Below the pieces are notes generated by a model that had not been told where the DNA came from, made no database searches, and worked only from the letters and a program-made list of their open reading frames with translations. Positions 9,529-22,562 of a stretch of DNA of 64,000 nt are shown in pieces. Position numbers and translations under genes: made by a program. Numbering within the stretch: the stretch's first letter is position 1; the number at the start of each line of letters is the position of its first letter. The DNA is from a virus (Duplodnaviria; Caudoviricetes), in IMG/VR virus record IMGVR_UViG_3300035507_000051, positions 1-64,000 of that record. One strand, given 5' to 3'.

Positions 9529-11761
9529 GTATCAAACACCTGTAACAGAAGAACTTATAGAATCTTTACATCCAGAAATTAAAGAGTAGTTTCTGGATGT
9601 ACTTACTAATATACCTTATGTAAGAAAACTTATAGCTGTAGACAGACCTTATGCTAAAGATCTACCTAGAGATGATGATGGCAAAATTATAATAGACATT
9701 ACTAATCCACATATACTAGAAGATACTGATTACTTTAGACCTACAGCTATTCATTTCCAACAAACAGGTAGATTAACTGATCTTAGACCTAATGGTAATC
9801 CTAATTCAGAATTTGGCAAATGGATTAGAGAAGAAGTTAGGAGATGTTATGAAGGTTATGTAAGGGAATCTGATGGTGAGTGGATTACAGGTGATATGTA
9901 TTTCTTTCTTAACTATTGTCCTATATAGTTAATTAAGAAGGATGAAAAAGGTAAAACTATTAGAGCTATTGACTTTCCTAAATTCTGGGATGGTCATTAT
10001 TACAAATTTCACTACCTAAACCAATGCAGACTTAAAGGCAAACATGCAATGGAATTAGCATCTAGAGGTAAAGGTAAATCATATTCAGCTGCAGCCATGC
10101 TAGCTAAAAGGTTTATACTAGGTGAAGGTAAAGAAGTTAATAAGAAAGTACAATGTGTAGTAACTGCATCTGAAAAGAAGTATCTGCATGGGGCTAATTA
10201 GGTGTTGGATATGTTCTAGTACTATATAGACTTCTGTGTAAAATATACTCAATTCCCATCAAAAAGATTAACATCAGCTTTAGAAAATCTTCAATGGGTT
10301 ATGGGTTACATTGATGCAGATACTGGTGCTAGAATGGGTACTGAAAATAGTGTAATTGGCATCACTTCTAAAGATGATGAGTCTAAGCTTAGAGGTTCTA
10401 GAGGTGTGTTATATTTACTTGAGGAAGCAGGTTCTTTCCCTAAGTTGCTTAATCTATATTAGGTATTAAGGCCTTCTGTAGAAGATGGTGATAGTGTTTG
10501 GGGATTAATATTTGCTTATGGTACTGCAGGTGACTCTGATTCTGACTTTAGTTCTATGTAGGAGCTTATGTATAATCCAGATGGCTATAACATCCTAGGA
10601 GTAAATAATATCTATGATAAAGAAGGTCAAGGAAGAAAATAGTTTACTTATTTTTTCCCTGGATACTTGAATAGAGCTGAGTGCTATGATGAAGATGGTA
10701 ATAGTGATGTAACTAAAGCTATTATTCAAATACTTAAAGATAGATTCTAGGTAAAATATAATAGTACAAATATCAATGCTATTGTAAAGAGAATTGCTGA
10801 AATTCCTATTACTCCACAAGAAGCTATTCAAAGAGCTAAAGGTAATATATTCCCTATGGCGGAATTAACTTCTAGATTAAATGAAATTGATGGTAATCCT
10901 AACTTTTATGATGATGTTTATGTTGGAGATTTGGTATTTAATAAATCTAATAAAGTAGAATTTAAAGTAGGCTATGAAAAACCTATTAGAGACTTTCCTA
11001 CTAAAGATAACAAAGTAACAGGTGCTCTAGAGATATATGAGATGCCATAGGAAGTACAAGGTAAGATACCTCAAGGTAGATACATTGCATCATTAGATAA
11101 CTATGAAAATGATGAATCAAATACTATGTCTTTAGGTTCTTTATTTGTACTAGACTTATGGACTGATAGAATAGTAGCTGAATATACTGGTAGGCCTATG
11201 TTTGTTGATGACTTAAATGAATTAGCTAGAAAGATATGCTTATTCTACAATGCGCAACTTCTCTATGAAAATAATAAGAAGAATACATTTGCTTACTTTA
11301 GTAAAATGAATAGTTTATCTCTTCTTGCAGATACTCCTGAATACTTAAGAAATAAGTAGCTGGTTAAAACTACAGGATATGGCAATAGCTCTAAAGGTGT
11401 AAGTGCTACTACTCCAATTAAAGCATTTGGGTTTACTCTTATTAGAGATTGGCTATTAAAACCAGTAACTGTATCTAAAGAAGAAGATGGTCAGGAAGTT
11501 CAATACACAGTACCTAATTTACATTATCTTAAAAATAGAGCTCTAATTAAAGAACTTATGCTATTTAATCCTGATATAAATGTGGATAGAATAATGAGCT
11601 TAGTACAGCTCATGCTATTTAGGGAAGAAAAGATGATTTTATTTCAAGGTAATCCTAAAGCTAATTTGACAGTTCCTTCTAATTACCTAGGTAATGATGA
11701 GTTCTTTAGGGTAAATTATGATGATAAATTCAGTAAATTTAGTGACTTCAGTTTTGATTAA
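9512..11761 (+). CDS. terL: Terminase large subunit (749 aa, TAG=Gln)
   Basis: Walker A ASRGKGKS, Walker B YLLEEAG, C-terminal nuclease (LDNY..SLGS..YENN..DRIM); fragments share one frame. Confidence 0.92.
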
Positions 11762-11780
11762 TTAGTAAAGCATTTAATCA

Positions 11781-11814
11781 CTTGTCTATATAAAATAAAT
11801 TGCATATCTTTGCA
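11781..11814 (+). promoter_or_regulatory. -33/-7 promoter for the portal operon
   Basis: CTTG-N20-TATCTTTGCA. Confidence 0.8.
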
Positions 11815-11836
11815 CAGTTAAATTAGAATTGAAGGT

Positions 11837-14248
11837 ATGGAAACTAATGTAATAAGCTTACCACCATAGCAACTATCTTTTACTAAAAAGAATAAAGCTT
11901 GGCGTAAAAAGCATTTAGATTGGGCCAAAGGTAAAACCTTCTTAAATCATAGTTTGGTTAGGAAATCAGTAATGCACAAAAAGATTAACTATGACTTGCT
12001 TAATGGTAAGTTACACATGGATGATCTTTGTATGGTGATTAATCCTGAGAACATTAAAGGAGAGTTTATACCAGATAAAATATAGCACTACCCTATAATG
12101 AATTCTAAATTGAATGTACTTAGGGGTGAGGAGTCAAAAAGAGTATTTGACTTCAGAGTTGTTGTGACTAATCCTAATGCTATATCAGAAATAGAAGAAA
12201 ATAAGAAGAATGAAGTTTTTGCTAGAATGCAAGCTTTAATTCAAGATACTGCATAGTCAGAAGAATAGTTCAATGCTGAACTAGAAAAAATGAATGATTA
12301 CTTTACTTACGAATGGTAGGACATGAGAGAAGTAAGAGGCAATGCTATCCTTAATCATTATACTAAGGAACTTAATATGCCACTTATGTTTAATCAAGGA
12401 TTCATGGATGCTATGGCAGTAGGTGAAGAGATTTATTAGTGTGATATAGTTGGAGGAGAGCCTACTATTGAAAGAGTGAATCCTATGAAAATTAGGATAT
12501 TTAAATCTGGATATAGTAATAAGATTGAGGATGCTGACATTATATTACTTGAAGATTATTGGAGTCCTGGCAAAATTGTAGATACTTTCTATGATGTTTT
12601 GACTGAAAAAGACAGAAAGTATATAGAAGCTGCACCTAATAGAGTAGATCAACCAGCAGTAGATTCTATGGATAATATAGATGAAAGATTTGGCTATATT
12701 GAAGTAGATAAAGTTACTCCTAAAGCAGGAGAGGGATTCTATTTTGATGCTGGTGGATTATTCTCAGAAGGTGATATTAGTACTCTGCTGCCTTATGATA
12801 TGGCAGGTAATCTAAGAGTAATTAGGATGTATTGGAAATCTAGAAGAAAGATTAAAAAGGTTAAGTCCTATGACCCTTAGACAGGTGATGAAACCTTTAC
12901 TTTCTATCCTGAAACTTATGTTATTAATGAAGATTTAGGAGAGGAAGAAGAAGTCTACTATATCAATGAGGCATGGGAAGGCACTCTTATTGGAGAAAAT
13001 GTTTATGTAAATATGAGACCTAGACCAATATAGTACAATAGACTATCTAATCCTTCTAGGTGTCACTTTGGTATTATAGGTTCTATATACAATCTTAATG
13101 ACAGCAAACCCTTCTCTCTAGTAGATATGATGAAGCCATATAACTATTTATATGATGCAGTTCATGATAGGCTAAATAAACTACTGGCTAAGAATTGGGG
13201 TAAAATTCTAGAACTTGATTTAGCTAAAGTCCCTGCAGGTTGGGATATTCAAAAATGGCTATATTATGCTAAAACTAATAATATAGCTGTAGTAGATAGC
13301 TTTAAAGAAGGCAGCTCTGGGGCTTCTATGGGTAAATTAGCTGCAGGTCTTAATAATGCTAGTAGAGGTGTAATTGATGCTGAATTAGGTAATATTATTT
13401 AGCAAAATATTAACCTACTAGAGTTTATTAAGCTAGAGATGGCTGATGTTGCTGGTATATCTAAGCAAAGAGAAGGTCAGATTAGTAATAGAGAAACTGT
13501 AGGTGGTGTTGAAAGAGCTACTCTACAATCATCTCATATTACTGAGTGGTTATTCATTATACATGATGACGTTAAAAAGAGAGCACTTGAGTGTTTTCTT
13601 GAAACTGCTAAAATAGCAATGAAAGGTAGAAATAAGAAATTCCAATATATTTTATCTGACAATGCTATACAAATCATGGATATTGATGGAGATGCATTTG
13701 CTGAATGTGACTATGGTTTAGTAGTAGATAATAGTAATGCAGTTCAAGAACTTCAGTAGAAACTTGATATGCTTGCACAAGCTGCTTTATAGAACCAAGC
13801 TCTAAACTTCTCTACTATAATGAAATTATATAATAGTGCAAGTATTGCCGAGAAGGAAAGAATGGTTGAAAAAGCAGAACAAGATATGATGCAAAGACAG
13901 CAAGAAGCTCAACAGCAATAGATGCAGCAGCAACAAGAACAAATGCAAGCTGCAGCTTAGCAGAAGGAAGCTGAAATGCAATTACAAGATTAGCTAAATC
14001 AGAGAGATAATGAAACTAAGGTTATGGTAGCTACCATTAATGCTTAGTCTAGTGAAAATCAATCTATGGATCCAACTGCTGAAATCTAGAATGAAAGAGC
14101 TTTACAAGAAAAGATGAGGCAGTTTGATGAAAAACTCAGACTGGATAAAGATAAGTTTGAGTTTGATAAGAAAAAGCATAGTGAAGATAATGCACTAAAG
14201 AGAGAAATTAGTATAAGATAGGCTAGAAGTAAAAGTGGAAATAAATGA
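11837..14248 (+). CDS. Portal protein (803 aa, TAG=Gln)
   Basis: Follows terL; GISKQREGQISNRETVGGVERA motif; Gln-rich C-terminal coiled coil. Confidence 0.88.
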
Positions 14249-16005
14249 GAAAATTTCGTGCAATTGTACAAACAAAAATAGAACCATTAGACCATGAGGT
14301 AATTTGGGCTAAAGATGGTTTATGGTACTATTGGAATGATGATAGGTGGGAGGTTTTTAATAACCTCTCCAGCTATGTCATTGATTTAAAGAAAGTACCT
14401 TATGTTTATGGTGATGACATAAAGGATGCTAAAACTGGGATTGATACTGCTTTAAATGCTACTATAGGTAGAGTTATTGAAGTAGAAGGGCTTGCAGATA
14501 CTGATGGTATTGATGTTGCTTTTATGAATACAGTGTCTGATGCTAATAAAGACTTAACTGCTAAGCTATATAAACTACTTACAGAAGATGGTATAAATTT
14601 AATTTATGTAAAAAAAGCAGGACAGCCATCAGAAACTTCATCTTGTGTTATAATTCCTTATAAATACCCTGAAGGTAATGTTTGGGTATTAGTCGCTTAC
14701 TTAGGGTTTAAAATTTATAGAGGAGTGTGTGTAACTCCTATTGGTGATTTTAATACTTTAATTCCTTGGCAAGAATTTCTACCTACATTAAATGGTACTA
14801 CAGGAACCATAGATACAAAGTATTTACCATCCTATGTAGATGATGTTCTTGAATATAGTACATTAACAGAGTTTCCTGAAACAGGAGAATCAGGTAAAAT
14901 ATATGTAGCTTTAGACACTAACTACACATATAGGTGGTCAGGTTCTGAGTACATTTAGATGAGTTCTTCTTTAGACAAGAATATTATTGTTAAAGATGTA
15001 TCTAATGTAAATGAGATATTCACTTGGGCAGCTAAGTCAGAAATAGCAGGAAGTAAGGATATTAGTATAGTAAAGTTTAGATATCCTGCTAATGATGGAA
15101 CTACTTATGCTTCAGGACTAATGTTTTAGTTTAGAGGTGTTGGTGGTAAAGTATGTCAATACTTTATGTATGATTATGAAGTATGGATTAGAGGAGTAAC
15201 AGGTGCTGATGGTACTCCTGGAAAAGCTACTAATGCTTTTCCATTAGAAAGAACTATGATACAAAGAGCTTCTTTAAGTGGAACTACATTATCATTAAAT
15301 ACTTATGATAATTAGACTGTAAACACTGTAGATTTATCAGGACTTAAATCTTCTTTAGGAGTAACTGCTGCAGAAACTAGTATAAGTGATTTATCTTCTA
15401 TAGTATATTCAGGATACACCATATCTACATCTGCAAGTAAAACAATTATAGATAAATCTAATTCAGATAGTGTCACACTAACTACTACATCTAAATTAAA
15501 TGGAAATACCATAAGTCCAACACTATCTTATACTACAAATTATCAGTATTCAGTAGTAACAACAACTGGTAATAATACAGCTACTGTAGCTATTTAGCCA
15601 TCTACAGGAGTTTCTTATGTTTAGATAACTACTTCTGCCAATTATTAGGGAGTTACAAAAAGTACAAAAACCACTGTATATATTAGATCTAAATCTTATT
15701 ATGGTACAGCTCCCGGGTATATAGTAAGTGATGTTCTTAGTGGTTTTAAAACCATGTTGGTAACAAGTGCTAATGGAACATATACATTTACCTTAGAAGA
15801 GGATGGTTATATTTATTTTGTTATTCCTTCCGATGTAACTTTTAATTATAATGGAGTTAAGAGTGCAGGATTTGAAGTACCAATGACATAGCTGGATAAT
15901 ATGTCTATAAAAGTAAATGAGATAATGGGAATAACAGAGACATACTGTGTATATAGAACAACAAATAAACTAGTAGCAGGTAGCTACACATTAACAGTAA
16001 GTTGA
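14245..16005 (+). CDS. Fibre/structural protein (586 aa)
   Basis: LPSYVDDVLEY..FPETGESGKIYV..YRWSGS module common in phage fibres; Thr/Ser-rich C-terminal part. Confidence 0.65.
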
Positions 16006-16006
16006 T

Positions 16007-18010
16007 ATGGCTGATGAAATTAAAATATTAGGAAAATTACAATCTGTAACTACAGAAGGTATAATTGCAGATTCTCAGTAGGTTAAGTATAAAGATACTG
16101 ATGTATCAACTTAGCTTGATAGTTTAACAGACTCTATTACCAATATAAATGAAGCAGATACTTAGTTAGGCAAAGATATTTCTGCTGTGTCAGAATCTTT
16201 AGAGTCTTAGGTTACAACTTTAACTACTAATCTAAATTAGAGAGTTTAGTTGTTTAACTTCCTAAATTCTGATAGAAATTGGGTACTTAGACTATATACA
16301 GGAACCCTAGGTTCCACTAATTCTTTTATAACTAGAATATTAGCTTCTTATGATTCAGGAGATTCAGTATTTGGTAATGCTAATTATGCATCTACTGCAG
16401 GATTATACTTAAAGTATCTTGTAACTAAAACAGAGAATGGAAATGCTACAGCTCATTTAATGCATGGTATTTCTAAAGCTATTGCAGATACTGATTATGT
16501 GCATACAGATTAGAACTTTACTACTGAATTAAATTTAGATTTAACCAGTAAGTATGTATGGGAATATACAGCCAATTGTGGTTCTAATGGAATTACTGAT
16601 TTATGTACAGGAGTTACTCTTAAAGCTGGAGATGTTGTAGAGTTTGAACTTAAAGATTATCTTGGCAGCACTACAGGTTGGGGCCCTGAAATACAATTAT
16701 AGTTTAGTAAAGATGGCACTTAGACAGCTGATTCTTTCTTCTTATGGTCTTCATTCTCTATAGGTACTGTAAGAGCTTAGCTAACTGCAGATGCTGATAC
16801 TGTTTCTGTGGGTAATGGGGCTGATGCTACTGTTAAGTTTAGTGTTAGGAAACTCTCTAAGATGACTTTACTTTAGGAGTTCTATGATAAATTATAGTAT
16901 TTCCCTGTATATAAATAGAAGTCTATTAAAGGTACTACACTATTTGGTTTAACTACTAGTGCCAGTTCATCTGAAGTTATTGCTGCACTTACTTCATACA
17001 TAGTTATGGATGTAGATTGGTCTACAGGATAGATTAATCAGAGTACAGGTACTAATATAGGTGATGGTACTGCATTAACTAAAGATGATTTAATTGCTAT
17101 CTCTAAGAATGGTTACTTCTTATATGATGCAGATACTAAGACTAATATTAATGTAAATTATGATGGAGCCTACTTTAATTTTGTAGAGTTAAGTAGAACT
17201 GCCGCTAATGCACAAATTACATTAAAGAGTATTATTATCAAAATTACAGATGCAGGTGTTTACTCTGTAGCTAAAGCAGGTTCTTCTGTAGGTATATTTC
17301 CCTATGATACAGGTGTTGCAATGCTTAGTTAGGTAAATACAAATACTTAGAACATTGATGCTAATACCTCCAATATAACTACTCTGACTAAGAATGCTAC
17401 AGCTATGGCTACAAGTATTACAGATTTATAGAGCAGTGTAACTTCTTTAGATACTAGAGTAACTGCTTTGGAAGGTAATACTTCAGATGGCACAACAACA
17501 ACTTCATCTGTACCTTTAGCTCCTACTATATATAGTGCTTTACTTTGGGCTAGCTACGGTAAATAGAATTAGTTTGGTACTTTTAGTGACTATTTTTCTT
17601 AGGGTAGCACAGGTGCTGCAATGCTGTCAAGTGAAGAATCTATGAGCCTTATTTAGAATGGCTATTTAGCTAAGACTATGGATAATGGCTCTGAATTAAA
17701 CTTTAAGTATTTAGGAAGTGAAACTTATACTACTGCAAAAGCTTGTAAGAGTGAAGGAGAATCATACTTAAGGTTTATACTTAAAGTTTCAATCTCAAGT
17801 ACTACTGAAGGTCAATCTTCTTTAGGAACTTGTTATCTATTATCTACTGTAGTACCTGCATCATATGCATCTAAGTGGGGTAGAGTATCATTAGGTGGAG
17901 ATACGGGAGAAGAAGTTGAGAATGTATATCCTTATAGTAATGGTTTATATATCTATAGAGATAGTGATACAGCAACTCCTTCTTTGGTAATAGGAGAAAA
18001 TTTAGCTTAA
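16007..18010 (+). CDS. Tail fibre/spike-like protein (667 aa)
   Basis: Coiled-coil segments (LDTRVTALEG) alternating with beta-rich domains; many TAG. Confidence 0.6.
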
Positions 18011-18022
18011 TTTAACTAATAT

Positions 18023-18421
18023 ATGAGAACTTTATTAGCCTTTATATTGTTATTTATTTGCATATCTTGTTCTACAACTAAGTATGTTGAAGTTCCTGTT
18101 GAAGTAGAGAATATAAAAACAGAATATATTACTTAGTATAGTAGGGATAGTGTATTTGTACATGACAGTATTGATAGGTATATTGCTGGTGATACAGTAC
18201 TTGTTACTAAGTATAAATACACTTATAAGTATATGACAAACACAGATACTATAATTAAAAATGATTCTATCTAGGTACCAGTGTATGTCAAGACTACTGA
18301 AATTCAAGAAGTAAATAAAATTAAATGGTACTAGTCAGTGCTAATGTGGCTAGGTATCATATTTATTATAGTGTTAGCATTTAAATTTGGTAAATACTTA
18401 AAGTCAAAACAAATGATTTAA
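18023..18421 (+). CDS. Unimolecular spanin (u-spanin) candidate
   Basis: N-terminal lipoprotein signal (..ICISC), beta-rich DSV/DTV/DTI repeats, C-terminal TM helix; 3 TAG. Confidence 0.75.
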
Positions 18422-18428
18422 TTAAATC

Positions 18429-18827
18429 ATGCTAGAAGTAATTATAACTGGAGGAGTTGGGATAGTATCTACAATAGTAAGTGGTTGGGTTAGCTGGATC
18501 TTTGCTAGAAGGAAGTACAATAGTGAAGTTGATGGTACCTGCATAGACAATATGCAAAAAGCACTTACTTTCTATGGGACATTAAGTGAGGACAATAAAC
18601 AGAGGTTGGCTATGGTATTAGATGACAATACTTAGTTAAGAAAATCTGTGGATGATTTACTTGATGAAAATAAGTAGTTAAAAAGATAGCTTGATAATTT
18701 GAAGGATCAAGTACTTAAATTAACTACTTCAATATGTACAGACCTTAGTTGTCAAATTAGAAAACATGATTTTACTACATTAAATATAATTAGTGATGAA
18801 AAGAGTAATTCTGAATAGAATGTATGA
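18429..18827 (+). CDS. Holin-like protein (N-terminal TM plus coiled coil)
   Basis: GGVGIVSTIVSGWVSWIFARRK then heptad repeats; in the lysis block. Confidence 0.55.
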
Positions 18828-19029
18828 ATGTGCTTATCCTCTTAAGGATCATAGAGCACTATGGGTTAAAAGAAATCCTAAGACTGGTGATATTGTAACC
18901 ATCAAAAGGTGGGATGATTCAGAGAAAAAATGGGTAGTGTATTTAACTACTCCTAGGGTTGGTGGTCAAGTTTCTGTTGAAATAGATGAAGGCCCAGGAG
19001 AAGAACCAGAACCAGAAAGATTAGCTTAA
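18796..19029 (+). CDS. Hypothetical protein
   Basis: ORF track. Confidence 0.6.
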   Translation: MKRVILNRMYECAYPLKDHRALWVKRNPKTGDIVTIKRWDDSEKKWVVYLTTPRVGGQVSVEIDEGPGEEPEPERLA

Positions 19030-19062
19030 TATGGGAAAGTGTAAGAAATCAGGTAAGAAGAA

Positions 19063-19503
19063 ATGAAACCTACACAAAGAGATAAAACTCTGTATAGAAT
19101 TTGGTTATACACATTAAAAATGTTACCAGTATTACTACTAATGTTGAATTTAGCAAGTAGTATGTTAGGATATTATGGGCATGATACCTATTTAATATCA
19201 TCTATAGGAGGGCTATCTCTTGTAGGAATTATATTTCTTTATCTATCATCATACTTATTTAAATTTTGTAGGTATCATAGAGTATTTCTACATTCTGTAG
19301 GAGTACTCAACCTACTGAATTTATATGATTGGTATATAGGAATACCTATAGAGTAGAAGTCATTAATGATAGGTTATATTATAATATCATGTGTGTTTAT
19401 AATTATAGCATTTCATTCATATTTAAGGGAGAAGATTTATGCTACTAATGCCAATTATCAAAAATCATTTACTTAGAATAATAGAAGATATAGACGGAGG
19501 TAA
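19063..19503 (+). CDS. Multi-pass membrane protein (about 4 TM; holin/antiholin candidate)
   Basis: Hydrophobic helices; extends past TAG to TAA 19501-19503. Confidence 0.6.
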
Positions 19504-19723
19504 TTCTAATTTAACAGAGTAGGAAGCCTTAGATGTTGTTTAGACTATATCTAATTTATCTAGAAAAGATGAAGGACTAAGTAAATATTAGGCCTGTTAG
19601 CAATTACATGTAAGTAGAGCTACCTTTGATAATCTTGTAAAGGAAGGCAAGATACCTAAAGGTAAGCATATACAAGGATTTAAAGAATTAAGATGGTATA
19701 AGAAAGATTTAATAAAAGTATGA
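19439..19723 (+). CDS. AlpA/excisionase-like HTH protein
   Basis: LSKYQACQQLHVSRATFDNLVKEGKIPKG..LRWYKKDL; 4 TAG. Confidence 0.75.
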
Positions 19724-20166
19724 ATATACTGATTGATAGAAAGTATAAACTTGCAGATTATACTATAGGTAATCTTTATATTGATGGTGTATATTTCTGT
19801 GATACACTTGAAGATAAAGATAGAGGTCTAAAATAGACTGGTTCTCTTGATGAGATTAAAAGAACTAAAGTTTATGGAGAGACTGCTATACCTACAGGTA
19901 CTTATGATGTAGTATTAGATATTGTAAGTTAGAAATTTAAAGATAGAGCTTGGGCTAAATTTTGTGATGGTAAGCTACCGAGGCTGCTTAATGTGCCTGG
20001 ATTTGATGGAATTCTAATTCATGTAGGTAATACTAAATCAGATACTCTAGGTTGTATCTTAGTAGGACAAAATAAAGCTAAAGGCAAAGTTCTTAATAGC
20101 ACAGAAACTTTTAAGAAACTTTATGAAAAGTTGAAAGGAAATAAAATTAAACTTACAATTTAGTAA
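19720..20166 (+). CDS. Endolysin, DUF5675-type (L,D-peptidase-like)
   Basis: TIGNLYIDG..CDTLED..TAIPTGTY..ILIHVGN..DTLGCILVG. Confidence 0.8.
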
Positions 20167-20178
20167 TATCTTTTATTT

Positions 20179-20219
20179 AGCAATCCCTAGTTATCAATAC
20201 GATAGCTGGGGATTGTTTT
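20179..20219 (+). terminator. Intrinsic terminator
   Basis: agcaatccctagttatc/gatagctggggattgtt followed by T. Confidence 0.75.
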
Positions 20220-20233
20220 GTGTATTAGTAATG

Positions 20234-20267
20234 TTAGTATCTATAGAATAAGTATAATAACTTTGCA
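20234..20267 (+). promoter_or_regulatory. -33/-7 promoter
   Basis: TTAG-N20-TAACTTTGCA. Confidence 0.7.
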
Positions 20268-20309
20268 GCTGTAAGCTTACAAAGTATAAACTATTAATGA
20301 ATTAAAACT

Positions 20310-21065
20310 ATGGAAATTATTGAAAAAGAAGTAGCTGAAAAGAAAGAGTATGCTTCTAAAGGAGTAGCAGGCACTGGGCTTGGTTTAGGTATAGCTGGTA
20401 CTGCATTAGGTCTCTTAGCTTTAAGTGGTAGAGGTGGCATAGGTTTGTTTGGCAATTCTTCTATGCCTGAGAATGTAAATATTCTTAACTCTGGTGGTGG
20501 TAGTAATTCTACCCCTACTGCCTTCCAAGCTTGGGAATAGGGTTGTGAGAACTATTTAGCAGCTACTGCTAACTTCTATCAAGGGCAATTAGCTTAGCAA
20601 GAATAGAGATTCTCTGATAGACAGACTATTGATAGTCAGTTGTTTAGTGTATGGAAGTCTTAGGTGGATGCTGATTTTGGTCTTTATAAGAGTGTTAGAG
20701 ATGAATTTGATGTTGTTAATTAGAAACTAACTGATAGTACATTTGCTCTTTATAAAAATCAAAGAGATAACTTTGATACTTTAGCTGGCAGAATTTCTGC
20801 ACTTGAAACTAAGTAGGCAGTAGCTGATGCAGTAGAACCTTGGAGAGCTAAAGTTCTTGATATGCAGATTTGTGGAGTAAATGCAGCTGCTCAGAATGGT
20901 ATTGCCCTAGAAGCTGAGAGAAGATGCTGTGCAGATAGTAAGATTGTTAATTACACTAACGGTACTTTCTATCCTATTGAGGTTGCTAACATAACTGTGG
21001 GTTCTACAGCTACCGCTAGAACTACTTCAAACCCTTTATGCAGCTGCTGCAATTGTAATTCATAA
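20310..21065 (+). CDS. Hypothetical protein: Gly-zipper TM, coiled coil, Cys-rich tail (251 aa)
   Basis: GVAGTGLGLGIAGTALGLL; ends CSCCNCNS; track fragments in frame. Confidence 0.8.
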
Positions 21066-21070
21066 TTAAT

Positions 21071-21090
21071 GGGGATAGGTGACTATCCCC
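21071..21090 (+). terminator. GC-rich hairpin (terminator or RNA stabiliser)
   Basis: ggggatag/ctatcccc; no U-tract. Confidence 0.45.
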
Positions 21091-21105
21091 TAAATACTAA
21101 TTCTT

Positions 21106-21564
21106 ATGTATCCTATAAATCAAGTTATAGTAGGTAGTGATCCTATGATGTCTTCTATTGATAATTTAGATAATTAGATGTAGATGTATTAGCAAAGACT
21201 GGCTCAATTATAGGCAGCTAAATAGGTATAGGTTAAATTAATTTGGGATGATATAGATGCTGAGGTATCTCCTTTGTCTAATGAATAGAAAGAAAGATTA
21301 TTTCAAGATGAAGAATATAGAGATAGCTACACTGAACTCTAGAATATAGTACAAGCAGAACTACTAAATTTAGTCAAGAGTAAAATAGAAAGTACAGATA
21401 AAGGTAAAGAATTACTAAATAATTAGCTCAAGTTAATAAGAAAACTCAAGAGTAAAATCATTAGTGATACTAATAGAGAGATGGAATTATTTATGAGATT
21501 TAGAGAATATAGCAAAGCTAATCCTAATAGCACTTATGAAGAATTTTTAAAGAAGGAGATTTAA
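21106..21564 (+). CDS. Hypothetical helical protein, TAG-rich
   Basis: Open only when TAG=Gln. Confidence 0.7.
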
Positions 21565-21565
21565 T

Positions 21566-21946
21566 ATGGTTACTATATTAGAACTAGATACTAGATTAAA
21601 AAAGTACTTATTAGAGTAGATCAATACAATAGCTAAAGATAATCCTTTTGTAGGATTTGTAAAGCCTCTAATTACAAGAGCAGTTGATAAAAACTTTTCA
21701 AAAGTAAAGAATATGTTAAGTTTGATTGCAGATCAGGAAGGTAACATAGATGTAGAAAATATACTTACTGAGATGTTTGAGTCAGTTGTGTAGTCAAATA
21801 CTTTTACTATTAATACTGGATTTATAGGAGGTGTAATTGTGGGTGATGGTATTATTAAAATGCAAATACCAATGACTAATAAGAATATAGTGTTTAATAT
21901 GAGTGATTTGTAGCATTTAAAAGAAGTATTAACTGCTAAATCTTAA
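21566..21946 (+). CDS. Hypothetical protein
   Basis: Open when TAG=Gln. Confidence 0.7.
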
Positions 21947-21950
21947 AGCT

Positions 21951-22415
21951 ATGAATGATACTATGCTTATAGAGTATTTAAGAAAGAAAGGTTTAGGACA
22001 TCATGTAGATACTAAACTTAAGGAGATTATTATGGAGTAGTTCTTAATTAATCCAGATAATCTAGAAGTAGAATTGTTAAATGAGAAATATACTCACTTT
22101 GATGAAACTACAGCTAAAGAATTAGTAGCTTCAATGTATCACTGCTATGAAGGCAAGAAGTATGTAGGAGAGAAGTTTTGTATGAGTAAAGCTCAAGAAG
22201 TCTATACTAAATATAAAGCCTTTATTCCTACTAGTACTACTTTATCTGATATTTATGTTGCTATTAATGCTCAATATCATGATTATGCTCATTTATTTAA
22301 GAGCTGGGGTATTAGTGAAGTAGAGTGTAAAATAATTGAAGCTGCTATGGTGTTCTGGTTTAATGACCAAGATTATGATGGTGATTCTAAAATTTATGAA
22401 TATTTCAAGAAATAA
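21951..22415 (+). CDS. Hypothetical protein
   Basis: Extends track ORF 22074 upstream through one TAG. Confidence 0.7.
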
Positions 22416-22440
22416 GGGGAATTTATTCCCCTTTATTTAT
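22411..22440 (+). terminator. Intrinsic terminator
   Basis: aaggggaat/attcccctt followed by T-rich tract. Confidence 0.7.
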
Positions 22441-22492
22441 ACCAATATTTTAATTAATTTTATTATACTAGTATAAGCAAAATATTTAATAA

Positions 22493-22526
22493 CTTGTGGA
22501 GATTTTGAAATTTGAGTAACTTTGCA
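22493..22526 (+). promoter_or_regulatory. -33/-7 promoter for the capsid operon
   Basis: CTTG-N20-TAACTTTGCA. Confidence 0.8.
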
Positions 22527-22562
22527 GTGTTATAATGAATACTAATTAAAGGAGAAGAAAAT

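Noticed and set aside
9512-11761. Intein or intron in terL
   Set aside because: Length (749 aa) and motif spacing look continuous; no splicing motifs seen.
14245-18010. Diversity-generating retroelement targeting the fibre genes
   Set aside because: No reverse transcriptase or template/variable repeat pair seen in this window.
19031-19066. 11-codon Lys-rich micro-ORF MGKCKKSGKKK
   Set aside because: Too short to support; it might only couple translation to the 19063 gene.
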